NCBI GenBank assembly: GCA_002269645.1
Contig: NIVC01003727.1
Span: forward strand, 1-64,000
From: Macrostomum lignano
Lineage: Eukaryota
Reading direction: 5' to 3'
DNA length: 64,000 nt
The translations under genes were made by a program, and so were the position numbers. This document shows positions 38,817-48,690 of this stretch, in pieces. The notes under the pieces were generated by a model. It ran no database searches, was not told the origin of the DNA, and saw nothing but the letters and a program-made list of their open reading frames with translations. Each line of letters begins with the position of its first letter. Within the stretch, counting starts at the first letter, position 1.

Positions 38817-39245
38817 CTACTTTCGTTGAATTGATCGTATTAAATTCGCTGCTCCCGCGGCGGTACCAACTACTCCAGACGTTATCCCAAGCGCAGTGCT
38901 TATAGCAGGTAGAGCGGCAATAATTGGAGCCAAAAAAGGTAAAAATCCTCCGTGTTGGACAAGTATTTTCCTTTTTGCAGTAATTGGAGTCTTCTGTTCC
39001 AAAAGCTGGCGTATATATCTGCGATGCTTCTCAAGTCGTCTTTTGTTACAGTTACTAATTTTAATACGTCCACTAATAATATTAAACAGAAAGTCTACTA
39101 GACATCGTATCTCCGACTCTGAAAGTGTTTGTAAAAAACTTTTTCTCTGCTTTGGATGCTTTAGCCGATAAACAATTTGTAGTAAAAAAGCACACTGACA
39201 CAATGAGCGAGCATTTTGTTTTCCTTTTTCTGTTAGTTCGCTCAT
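38817..39245 (-). CDS. Conserved Maverick virion protein with QxGG|F motif and amphipathic/hydrophobic C-terminus
   Basis: KRKILVQHGGFLPFLAPII motif, a putative adenain cleavage site followed by a membrane-active segment. Confidence 0.65.
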   Translation of the reverse strand: MSELTEKGKQNARSLCQCAFLLQIVYRLKHPKQRKSFLQTLSESEIRCLVDFLFNIISGRIKISNCNKRRLEKHRRYIRQLLEQKTPITAKRKILVQHGGFLPFLAPIIAALPAISTALGITSGVVGTAAGAANLIRSIQRK

Positions 39246-39301
39246 TCTTACAAAACAAATTCACAAAATTTTCTATTACACAATTAATCTTTGCTTATAA
39301 A

Positions 39302-40291
39302 TTAGTCCGACCTATGTTTAAAATGCAGTACGACAACAACGTGTGCTCCCGGATCAAAATTAAACGGTTTTCCGCGCTGGTCCGATAGTCGAATCGAAAT
39401 CTCGTGAATTTGTTGTCGATTTGTTTTCAAGTAGTAGGGTGTTTGCAATGCACTGCTATCGCGTATAAGTTCTCCGTTTTTCTTTTGTTGGAGTTCCACA
39501 ACTCGAAGCAACGGTACTGATGTACTTCCCACTGCTTGATACTCGATTATATCTGTGTAACAGTACATGTAAACCGTTTTACTAGGCATCGGAGAAGGTA
39601 GCACAGCATCCAAGTAGGTTTTGTTAATGCGCCAAACACGATTTCTCAACCAATATTGGTGTACTTTGATGTACACTTCTCCTTCCGTTTTTCGAAGATA
39701 GTCTCCATGCGAAACAAGTCGTATAGCTTCACCAGGCGATAGAACACAATAAAAAACATAATAGTTCTCAGGTACTAGCGCTAGAGTATTGTCGAGACTT
39801 TTTATCAAATCCAAGTATGAACCATCCGGTGGTTGTACACTACCAGCGGCAGGTTTTGATAATTTTTCCGAGACAAGTCCAGAAAGTTTCTTCCAAGAGT
39901 CAAATTTGAAAGCGTCCATAAATGTAACTGGTAGTTCTAATCCAATAGTTTTTTCGCCTGAATTTCGTAAAAGCCAGGCAAATTTTTCATCTGTACCAGA
40001 CGGTTGCCAGGAAACGTAAGCATCCAAGTCTGCCTCTGCCCAAACACGACCCCAATAGTTTTTCTTTAATCGTATTATTGAGTCAATGTCCGCAAAATAT
40101 GGAACTTCAAATCGACGCTCACGATGAGCATTTGGCGTCGTAATTGCTCCATGGCACAGTAATTCAACTAGTGCAACCTCGAAGAATCCGTTCAATAAAT
40201 TTATTGGTTCAGTTAGTCGCACTCGAAATTCATTAGGCGAGTTGGTTTCGTAACTGATATCGTTTGACGGCAAAAAAACGTAAAAACTCAT
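39302..40291 (-). CDS. Minor capsid protein (penton, single jelly-roll)
   Basis: N-terminal MSFYVFLPSN...PNEFRVRL...FEVALVEL; C-terminal YCYTDIIEYQAVG...PLLRVV...EISIRLSDQRG...VVVLHFK. Confidence 0.88.
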   Translation of the reverse strand: MSFYVFLPSNDISYETNSPNEFRVRLTEPINLLNGFFEVALVELLCHGAITTPNAHRERRFEVPYFADIDSIIRLKKNYWGRVWAEADLDAYVSWQPSGTDEKFAWLLRNSGEKTIGLELPVTFMDAFKFDSWKKLSGLVSEKLSKPAAGSVQPPDGSYLDLIKSLDNTLALVPENYYVFYCVLSPGEAIRLVSHGDYLRKTEGEVYIKVHQYWLRNRVWRINKTYLDAVLPSPMPSKTVYMYCYTDIIEYQAVGSTSVPLLRVVELQQKKNGELIRDSSALQTPYYLKTNRQQIHEISIRLSDQRGKPFNFDPGAHVVVVLHFKHRSD

Positions 40292-40348
40292 TTTGAAATA
40301 AAACACAAACTAATATTGACAACAGTTTATAATTTGCTTATAATAATA

Positions 40349-41044
40349 TTACACAAACTTTGCATCACATTCACGAGTATAGACAACTTGTTCATCACCA
40401 GAAAATATTCCTGTTCTCAATCGTAAAAAATCTGGTGTCACTTGCCGCAGGTCAATGAATAAATATGAAAAAGGTTTGTTATTTGTTGCGTCTTCATACA
40501 CATTCACTAGAAACCTACTATTACGCGGATACATTTGTCGACCGAGATGTTCAACTGTGGTTCGATCGCGCACACTACGAGTTAGACAAATATAACTAGC
40601 TGATAAACTTCGCATGCGTGCTTCTGGATCAGACTTGTTAAAAAGACCTTGACAAAGGTACAGACAAGTCAAAGGGATATGATGCGCATGCTTTGTAAAC
40701 ATACTAGTAAATTCTGGCAACTTAGCAATCTCGCTTTGCAAGTCGTCAACAACAACCAAATCGTGTGGTAAAAAACGATTAATCATCTGTGGTGTGAATT
40801 CGGGTACAAAAACAATAGGGTCAAGACCGCTTTTTTGCCAGCATGTTCTAATTCGTTGTTGATCGTCTGGTTTCAAACTTGATCCATGGCACCAAACAAG
40901 ACGGCACGGTTTTTTATCAAATAATTCTTTTCGTTCAGTCAACAAACGCAACGTCCATTCAGTTTTACCCGAGTTTGAAGGTCCAGCAATAATAAATGTA
41001 GAATCGTGAGCTAGTTGCATATTGTATGGCTGCTGCATTTTCAA
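40349..41044 (-). CDS. A32/FtsK-like packaging ATPase
   Basis: Walker A IIAGPSNSGKT, Walker B LVVVDD, and FTKHAHH/YLFIDLRQ motifs typical of Maverick ATPases. Confidence 0.92.
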   Translation of the reverse strand: MKMQQPYNMQLAHDSTFIIAGPSNSGKTEWTLRLLTERKELFDKKPCRLVWCHGSSLKPDDQQRIRTCWQKSGLDPIVFVPEFTPQMINRFLPHDLVVVDDLQSEIAKLPEFTSMFTKHAHHIPLTCLYLCQGLFNKSDPEARMRSLSASYICLTRSVRDRTTVEHLGRQMYPRNSRFLVNVYEDATNNKPFSYLFIDLRQVTPDFLRLRTGIFSGDEQVVYTRECDAKFV

Positions 41045-41484
41045 GCACCAAAGCGTTGCTTAACTTGCATAACCTTGGTAACCAACTTCGCAGCTAGTTT
41101 TTCTTTCCAACCAGTAGACGGATCGTGGGCAATCTCTCGTGCACCAGATTCTAATAGCTTATCAGCTTTTAACCTCTCTTGCACGTCAGAATTTTTATCA
41201 TAGGCCACGTCGTGAAGCATGCACAAATTGTCAAGCCGATTAATTCCTCGTTGTCCTTTTGCTAGCCTAGCTTGCAGTTGCGTACCTGGACCACAAAACT
41301 GATATCCGCCGGGTAAATGTGCTTCAAATGGTAAATGATTAATTAACCAATTTACGACACCATAACCTTGTTGCTTTTTATTAATCTTTCTAATAGATTT
41401 CTTCTTTTTACGAATGCTCTTCTTTTTCTTTTTAAAACCTCGATCTTTCGCTGGAGACATTTTTACAACATATATTTTAGGCAT
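41041..41484 (-). CDS. Parvovirus VP1-like phospholipase A2 domain protein with basic N-terminus
   Basis: HLPGGYQFCGPGT (Ca-binding loop) and INRLDNLCMLHDVAY (catalytic HD). Confidence 0.9.
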   Translation of the reverse strand: MPKIYVVKMSPAKDRGFKKKKKSIRKKKKSIRKINKKQQGYGVVNWLINHLPFEAHLPGGYQFCGPGTQLQARLAKGQRGINRLDNLCMLHDVAYDKNSDVQERLKADKLLESGAREIAHDPSTGWKEKLAAKLVTKVMQVKQRFGA

Positions 41485-41575
41485 AAATTTTTAAAATTGC
41501 TTATAGTATTTACAAAGCTCTCGCATAGTGCACCAATCACCAAAGAAAAAAATCAGTTTATTATTATTATTATAC

Positions 41576-42058
41576 TTATTGGCCAGTGCTGCCAAAGCCG
41601 CCAAAGCCGCGCCGCTTGGTCGGCGGCTCAATCATCCGAATCGAATTGTCTGCTTCAGTCACATAGACTGAAGCAAGCACGGCCTGCTCCAGAACCAGTT
41701 GTGCAATACTGAGCCCGGCATAGTACTCAAAGTCTTCCGGACTGTAATTAAACAAGACTATACAGATTTCACCAGTATAGTCGGGGTCGATTACGCCACC
41801 GCCAACAAATAAGCTGTGCAGAGCCATGCTGGAACGTCCCGCTATCCTGCCATAGGTACCAGGCGGTAAGCGAATTTTGAGTCCGGTTCGCACACTCCGG
41901 GACTCGTAGGCCGGAATGGTACCATCGACGCCAGCGCAAAGATCATACCCGATCGACCCGACAGTTTTTCGGGTCGGAATCGTTGCCGAATCGTATAGAC
42001 GTTCAACTAAAAGCTTACGATCAGTTAGTTGTTGTTGCTGCTGCTGCTCGGGATTCAT
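41576..42058 (-). CDS. dut: Trimeric dUTPase (Maverick accessory gene)
   Basis: All five motifs present: SIGYDL, GRSS, GVIDPDYTGEI, IAQLV, RGFGGFGSTG. Confidence 0.93.
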   Translation of the reverse strand: MNPEQQQQQQLTDRKLLVERLYDSATIPTRKTVGSIGYDLCAGVDGTIPAYESRSVRTGLKIRLPPGTYGRIAGRSSMALHSLFVGGGVIDPDYTGEICIVLFNYSPEDFEYYAGLSIAQLVLEQAVLASVYVTEADNSIRMIEPPTKRRGFGGFGSTGQ

Positions 42059-42349
42059 GTCGATTCTTGTAGCTGAAAGTTTAAAAAAAAGTTTTTTTTC
42101 TTGAAACATGAACGATAGCACTACATTTACGTCTACTACAAACACAAGCTTAGTCTTGAGAATCTAACTATAAAAAATATACTTTTTCAAATAATTAAAC
42201 ACAAAAAAGTGCTAAAATTATAATTTAAACGAATGCCGGTATCATTTATTTATTGTAAATAATGATCAATGAAAAAATTAATGATGGGTTACAGTCTTCT
42301 ATAGCATGCTATTACTTTGTACAACAAAAGAGATCAGAGCATATTGTTA

Positions 42350-43444
42350 ATTAATTAGCCAAGTGCCAGTGTCCAAAGGGTAGCGAATTAATTGAACTTG
42401 TCCAGGATCGCTTCGTATCGAAGAAGCTTAGTGCAAGTTTTCTTTGTTGCATCAAAAAAAACTTTCTGTTTTCGAGAACGAATGGACTGCATGCGCGAAA
42501 ACACAAGTTGTCGCTTGTGTAAGACTCTTAAATAGTCTTGATGCTTTAAACTGCTCTGTGCGGCTTTAGAAGCAGTACTGCTCCAGCTTTGCGACCGATT
42601 GAGACTGGAACTTTAAACGATTGCTGCTTAACCAGACCGGACTGGACCGGACCGGACTGGACCGGACTCCCCGCGCCCGCCGCCGCCGCCGCCGCCGCCG
42701 CACCACCACCACACCACCGCCGCCACCACCACCACCACCACCGCCGCCACCACCACCACTGCCGCCGCCCGCCCCCACACCACCGTGGGACGTATTTGTT
42801 GACAGTGTGCTTGCATGGCTTTTGCGATAAACGCAGAGCATCAAGTCTAGCTGCTCGATTGCTCTATATTGCCAATTACTACCTCGAGATTGAAAATTGT
42901 CAATTTTTATTAACAACTGATTAATAACGCGTGCGAACCAGTCATTGTAGGCCTCGGGAGATAACAGCATGTCACTGTTTGCAATCGTCTCATCAAATGA
43001 TATTGTCGCAATGTTGGTATTAAAATAGACCGAAATGATCTCTTCGCTGCTCGAGCCATCGTTGTCGTCTGCTGCTGTTTTCGGTCGAAATAGTGTCACT
43101 TTCAAGTGAAAGCAGACTCTTATTAATAAACTGGGTGAGCCAATTTTTTCCAATATTTTAAATATTGGTTCTCTTAAAGACGCAATCAACTCGCCAGGAA
43201 GTAACTCGCCAGAGCTGTTGCCTTGTTGTTCAAGAGTGGGAGTAAATTCGACAAAATTTACCCGACCACGATGAGCTGACTCGCGCAAAGCGATGGACCA
43301 CCCATCTGGTGGGTTTTCGATCAGGTTTTGCAGCGATCCGGTCAGTAATCGTTGCGGTGAAAAACAAGCACCATGCGAGTGAGCATGCAGCTCGGCTTGA
43401 TTACTGAACTTTTTTCTGCAGATTTGGCATTGTGCACGCGGCAT
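42350..43444 (-). pseudogene. polB: Protein-primed DNA polymerase B remnant: N- and C-terminal pieces only
   Basis: N-terminal part: C2H2 finger CQICRKKF..LHAHSH, then IDNFQSRGSNWQYRAIEQLDL. C-terminal part (read across A8 at 42454-42461): LKHQDYLRVL...KLALSFFDTKRSW..INSLPFGHW*. The exonuclease and palm domains are absent; a GC-rich microsatellite sits at 42631-42785. Confidence 0.75.
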
Positions 43445-43666
43445 TGTGTGCACCTAGCTCGACAACGAGCGTATCGAGCATAATATTAATAGATGATCCG
43501 GTTTGTCATTTGCGGCTGTAAGAAAAATGATGATTTGGTTAGTTATAGGTATAGCTGACACGTTTACTATTAGAGAAAACAATTGGTAAATAAATGAAAA
43601 CAAGACAAAATGTTTAAAAGAATGCATCGCAACTGCGATTTGACAGCAATTGTTTACTTGTTAAGT

Positions 43667-44224
43667 TTAGTTATTAACAGAGATTAAAAAATCCTTGACA
43701 TGGTTAAGAATATTATTCAATTCATGAGTGTTTTGAACGCCCATAATAACAAACTTTTTCGAAAAAAATATGTTACAAAAAAGCCTTGGTTTTGATGCTG
43801 ATCTAACAGAAACTGCTTGTGGGAAATTTTCTGCATCGTATCCAACCAGATAATTCGAATAGTAGCCTGCATATCTTTTTAGACTAGAGAAACCGAATTT
43901 TGGCCAAAGATGACCAATAAAGCCGACATAGGTACTGCTCTGAATTTTTACTGAATCAAAATCTACACAATTAATAGTGTCGTTGATAAATCGTAAAACT
44001 GAGACTATCTGAGAATTTGATTTACAGCCATATATAGTTAGTTTTCCTGCTGGATAAAGTTGGATTTTAGCATTTGAATAAATTGTCTTTAGCATTGTTG
44101 GTCGGCTTAGGAATAGTTTGCAAAACCGGTTTCTGGTCTGTAGCTTCTGTTTGGCCTGCTTTAAATCAAATTTTTCAAACGGACGCAGCTTCAGACTCGC
44201 AGTAACTATTAATAGGACAAGTCG
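43667..44224 (-). CDS. TATA-binding-protein-like protein encoded by the Maverick
   Basis: The frame is open from 44224 and shows two TBP-like repeats: LIVTASL..FDLK...KIQLYPAGKLTIYGCKS and KIQSSTY...YDAENFPQAVSVR..KPRLFCNIFFSKKFVIMGVQN (cf. TBP ALIFSSGKMVCTGAKS and [34 protein letters not shown]). The start codon or upstream exon is uncertain. Confidence 0.78.
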   Translation of the reverse strand, partial: RLVLLIVTASLKLRPFEKFDLKQAKQKLQTRNRFCKLFLSRPTMLKTIYSNAKIQLYPAGKLTIYGCKSNSQIVSVLRFINDTINCVDFDSVKIQSSTYVGFIGHLWPKFGFSSLKRYAGYYSNYLVGYDAENFPQAVSVRSASKPRLFCNIFFSKKFVIMGVQNTHELNNILNHVKDFLISVNN

Positions 44225-44434
44225 CTAAAACGGAAAATAAATAATAAGAAAAGTTAAACATGACTATACTATCGTAAATTCTAATATTAAATTACAAAAC
44301 CTGGTCAACGTACAAGGAGTAGCAAAAAATGTTTTGAGCTTTTCCCTAAAAAATAATATTTCCCTAGCCAAAAATTTGATAAATATAGTGGAATAAGTTA
44401 GTTAAAACTTGGATAAAATAAGTCAAAAATTTTG

Positions 44435-45633
44435 TTACTCATCATCAGAGCTGCTGTACGAGTCGTCCGATGAAGACACGCTAGCTGTAGTAGCGTCCGC
44501 AGCAGCACGCTTTAAAAATGCTGTCTCCTTGGACGCTACCCTGGTTCCAGAGGCAGGTGTACTCACCAAGATCTTTGCTGGTGGAGCCTCCACCCAGTCT
44601 GTGCCATCTGCACCAGCTTCGGCAGAATTGTTTTGCTGTTTTGCACCGCTGCGTTTTCGAACTTGCTTTTTAGGCGGCGGTTCAATAGAGGCTGGCGCTG
44701 CATTCGATGTAGTCGACTTCTTCGATACGGTGGTGGTAGACCGACGCTTTGCAGGTGACTTGGCAGGTGTCACCTGGCTTGAATTCTGCAGGCTTTGTTC
44801 ATTTGCTTCTTCTTGCTCACATGTAGATGTTGGGGACGGACTCCTGCTTCTAATTGCTGACTTGGTCGCGGGTAGGTGTGCAAGCACTCCCTTGAACATG
44901 TCGAGGCGCTGCAACATGTTGTCGGAAGATTCTATGAGTGTCAGAGAGCGCACAGCGAATGTAATGCGCCAGACGAGGCAGCCTTTTGGACAATACAAGC
45001 TCGTTGCTTGCACTGTCATTTGGTAGGTACCGCTGACACCTTTGAAATCGGAAATGGACACCTCCTTCCCGTGTGGATGATCGTTGCTGATCCTGATTGT
45101 GGCACAAGGGTAAGCAGGCTTTATAGCCAGCCATTGTTGAGGCACAAACTCGAGGACGTCGTTAGCATGCTGATGAGCTGGTTTTGTTAGTCGTGCCAAG
45201 GGTCGAGCATCTTGAATCTCGTTCAACTTGACCGATAGACCTTTTTCGACTTGACTGCAAAACATTATATAAATTATGAATATAGTTTCCTAAAATTAAT
45301 TGTATAAATTTAATATGGTGCTCACCGGAGAGAGTGGAAGAGTTCCTTATCGCAGCTGTCTGGATGAAATTGGACACTTACTGCGTCGCGAGAGTCGTGT
45401 CTGCAAGACGGATGATCGAGCTCTGGCCTTTCTGCGATTCCACGAAAAAGCTCCATTGGAGCCTTGGTTTGCAATATAATTGGGTACCATTTTGTACACT
45501 CGATTGATGGTTTCCACGCAATAGATCGAAACTGGCAGGACGAACCAGTCGTGGTTGTAGACTGCTCTCCAACGTAGAAAATCGGACTCGAGTCGGAGCG
45601 TACAATTGACTCCGTCTTGATGCAAGCTGCCAT
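44435..45633 (-). CDS. Two-exon Maverick gene, 375 aa: putative OB-fold ssDNA-binding protein with Ser/Lys-rich, acidic-ended tail
   Basis: Exon 1 45633-45326, AT-rich 71-nt intron 45325-45255 (GTGAGC...TTTTGCAG), exon 2 45254-44435; phases match and give ELFHSLR-QVEKGLSVKL. CTATAAATAC TATA motif ~80 bp upstream. The SSB call rests on PIILQTKAPM and YQMTVQATSLY..WRITFAV strand patterns and is an inference. Confidence 0.6.
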
Positions 45634-46339
45634 GTCTTACAAGCAATTGAATATAGTATTTCTTTTGCTGTAATGATTGAGCTCATGAAAAATTGACCAT
45701 TTCGGGTCTTGTATTTATAGCAAGCATTGCATGCTGTTTGTGAACTAGTAAACAAATTTAATTGTTGCGTGCTGATTAAGACATTGTTGCGTGCCAAAGG
45801 TGGCATAAGTTTCTAGGGTGGGTTGCATGATTAGGTCTAATTTTACGCAAATGTAGGTTGATATTTTATAAAATAAAATTAATGAATCTTAGGCACACTA
45901 GTTATAAATTTGCAAGAGTAACACGATGGCAAGCGTTTAATAAGAAGACTGCTGGTTGCTGCTTCATTAGATTGGTTTTGTTCTCAAGTAGAATGTAATT
46001 AATTTTGCGACTTGAAAAATTAGCAATCTTGGATTTTAGAGTAAAAATAAGCTGCACGCGGTGCTATGAAATTAATTTATTGAAAGTTTTGCTTGCATGT
46101 TGGAATTTTTTAGCTCGCACGGTGACAAGAGATTGCTTGAGTAACCTATATATAGAGTGTTACTTTTCAAACAGAAAAAGGTATAGTTGTAACTCAGCTT
46201 TTGCAGTCCTATATTGAGCAGAAGCTATATAGAGTTACACTATCATGCTGCGACGCGCAGCTTGTTGGGACTATAATGACTGCCGCTGCTATAACCGCAT
46301 GCAGTCAGTGCAGTTGACACACAAATGCTGTTTGGACTA

Positions 46340-47640
46340 AGCTAAATTACTGTGTTGAGACAGTTAAGCTGGACCACGGCTAAATCACTATTGATACGGT
46401 TAATTGCTACTAGACCCATGGCTAAATCACTGTACGTTGAGACGGTTAAGCTGGACCACGACTAAATCGCTGTACGTTGAGACGGTGGTTAAGCTGGACC
46501 ATGGTTATAAAACTGGACGGGTGGTTAAGCTGGACGACTACAGCTAAAATTACTGTTGAGTCAGTTATGCTAGACCACAGCAGCCAAATCACAGTTGAGG
46601 TAAAGCTGACCATAGCTAATTCTCACTGTTGAGACGGGTGCTGCTGCTTGGCTCACAGCTAAATAACTGGACAGTTAAGCTAATCGGACTACAGCTAAAT
46701 CCCTGTTGAGACAGTTGCCTGGACCACAGCTAAAATCACTGTTGAGGCAGTTAAGTCTGGACAACAGCTAAAATTACTGTTGAGACAGTTAAGCCTTGAC
46801 TATAGCTAAATCATCGTTGAGGTAGTTAAGCCTGGACTATAGCTAAATCACTGTTGATGCAGTTTTAAGCTGGACCACAGCTAAATCATACTGCTGAGGC
46901 AAAAGCTGGACCACAGCTAAATCATACTGCTGAGGCAAAAAAGCCGGACCACGGCTAAAAACTGTTGAGGCAAAAGCTGGACCACAGCTAAATCATACTG
47001 TTGAGGCAAAAGCTGGACCACAGCTAAATCATACTGTTGAGGCAAAAGCTGGACCACAGCTAAATCATACTGTTGAGGCAAAAGCTGGACCACAGCTAAA
47101 TCATACTGTTGAGGCAAAAGCTGGACCACAGCTAAATCATACTGTTGAGGCAAAAGCTGGACCACAGCTAAATCATACTGTTGAGGCAAAAGCTGGACCA
47201 CAGCTAAATCATACTGTTGAGGCAAAAGCTGGACCACAGCTAAATCATACTGTTGAGGCAAAAGCTGGACCACAGCTAAATCATACTGTTGAGGCAAAAG
47301 CTGGACCACAGCTAAATCATACTGTTGAGGCAAAAGCTGGACCACAGCTAAATCATACTGTTGAGGCAAAAGCTGGACCACAGCTAAATCATACTGTTGA
47401 GGCAAAAGCTGGACCACAGCTAAATCATACTGTTGAGGCAAAAGCTGGACCACAGCTAAATCATACTGTTGAGGCAAAAGCTGGACCACAGCTAAATCAT
47501 ACTGTTGAGGCAAAAGCTGGACCACAGCTAAATCATACTGTTGAGGCAAAAGCTGGACCACAGCTAAATCATACTGTTGAGGCAAAAGCTGGACCACAGC
47601 TAAATCATACTGTTGAGGCAAAAGCCAGACCATGGCTAAA
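46340..47640. repeat. 36-bp tandem array inside the Maverick (TCATACTGTTGAGGCAAAAGCTGGACCACAGCTAAA) with a degenerate left flank
   Basis: About 19 near-identical units at ~46970-47625, preceded by ~15 diverged units at 46340-46960. Confidence 0.95.
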
Positions 47641-47890
47641 GAAACGTATGAAAAAAAAATTATTTGCATGGATTAATAATTTTTGTTTAATGATGACTGT
47701 ACAAGATATTGACTTTATATTGAATTAAATAATTTCAATGAATGGTGAATAAAATTGAAAGAATTTTTTAGAATAATGAATTTATAGAGATTATATTATT
47801 GATTACAGACTTGTTTGATATATACTAAAAGAGCAATTACTTGGACACATTGCTGGCAAAATTTTATGAAGAGTTAGAAAAAATGTCTTT

Positions 47891-48442
47891 TTAAGATAGG
47901 TCCCAATATTCAAATACTTGAGTTGTATTACAGGTCTTTGCTAATTCTACTTGGTAGAAGCCTGTGCTCATTTGAGAGACTTTTACAGACTTGATGTCCT
48001 TCTGTACAATAATTGGCGAGTTTAGCAGCGGTTGAACTTGGGTAGAAATAGCAATTGATGATGATGGTGTTTCAGTTGCTGTCGTTGGTTTGGTACTTGT
48101 AGGCTTACTGCAAGTTTGCTTTGTTGGGTCATTGTAGCTGGTTGGTGATGGTGGTGGTGGTGCATACTGCAGTTGGTCAGTTGGTCGTGGGTTCGATTGC
48201 TGCCTAATTGACTGAATAACATCAGTTCTTGTGTAAATGCGATCTAACTCAGTTGTCTGTCTCTCGACATGAATCGAGGTTACTCTGGCGAGAGATGTAG
48301 AATATGATGCTCTTGCAGCAGAATTGGATGTGGTGGTGTCGTGGCAAATGCGTTTGCACTGATCTGGAGGTGGCCGCGTGAAGAAACCATTCTTGAATGC
48401 TATAATAATGGATAAGATGAGGGAAATTTGGTATAGGTGCAT
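47891..48442 (-). CDS. Predicted secreted mucin-like (T/P/S-rich) protein, Maverick cargo
   Basis: ATG start, hydrophobic N-terminus MHLYQISLILSIIIAF, three Cys, T/P/S-rich middle; no recognisable family. Confidence 0.45.
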   Translation of the reverse strand: MHLYQISLILSIIIAFKNGFFTRPPPDQCKRICHDTTTSNSAARASYSTSLARVTSIHVERQTTELDRIYTRTDVIQSIRQQSNPRPTDQLQYAPPPPSPTSYNDPTKQTCSKPTSTKPTTATETPSSSIAISTQVQPLLNSPIIVQKDIKSVKVSQMSTGFYQVELAKTCNTTQVFEYWDLS

Positions 48443-48454
48443 GTATACAATGTA

Positions 48455-48690
48455 TATAGAAACTGAACTAGCAGAGAATCAGTCTAAACAGAAACCGAAC
48501 TAGCAGACAATCAATCTAGAAATTCTGAACTAGCAGAGTATTAGTCTAAACAGAAACCGAACTAGCAGACAATCAATCTAGAGACTGAACAAACAGAGGA
48601 TCGGTCTAAACAGAAACCGAACTAACAATCAATCTAGAAACTAAACTATAGCGAACAGTCAATCTAAAAAAGAAAACTGAACTAGAGTAG
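48455..48690. repeat. Alternating two-unit degenerate repeat (GAACTAGCAGA core) upstream of the secreted ORF
   Basis: About 8 ~30-bp units alternating ...AGTCTAAACAGAAACC and ...AATCAATCTAG. Confidence 0.75.

Noticed and set aside
34872-41484. Prokaryotic phage or operon interpretation of the tightly packed, overlapping ORFs
   Set aside because: The gene set (RVE integrase with chromodomain, adenain, PLA2), TIR plus 6-bp TSD and the intron-rich host context identify a eukaryotic Maverick.
44409-45026. 205-aa plus-strand ORF
   Set aside because: It is the antisense shadow of the Ser/Ala/Lys-rich tail of the minus-strand gene; it has a non-ATG start and no motifs.
45378-45806. Alternative first exon using the GTAAGT at 45381
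   Set aside because: It is phase-compatible with the 45255 acceptor, but the 45633 frame has a TATA box upstream, a more protein-like sequence and a cleaner AT-rich intron. It is not fully excluded without RNA data.
46340-47669. CRISPR-like array, or a real 250-aa LPQQYDLAVVQL repeat protein
   Set aside because: Units are contiguous with no unique spacers and no cas genes are present. The ORF follows from a stop-free 36-bp unit, and the diverged units do not keep the frame.
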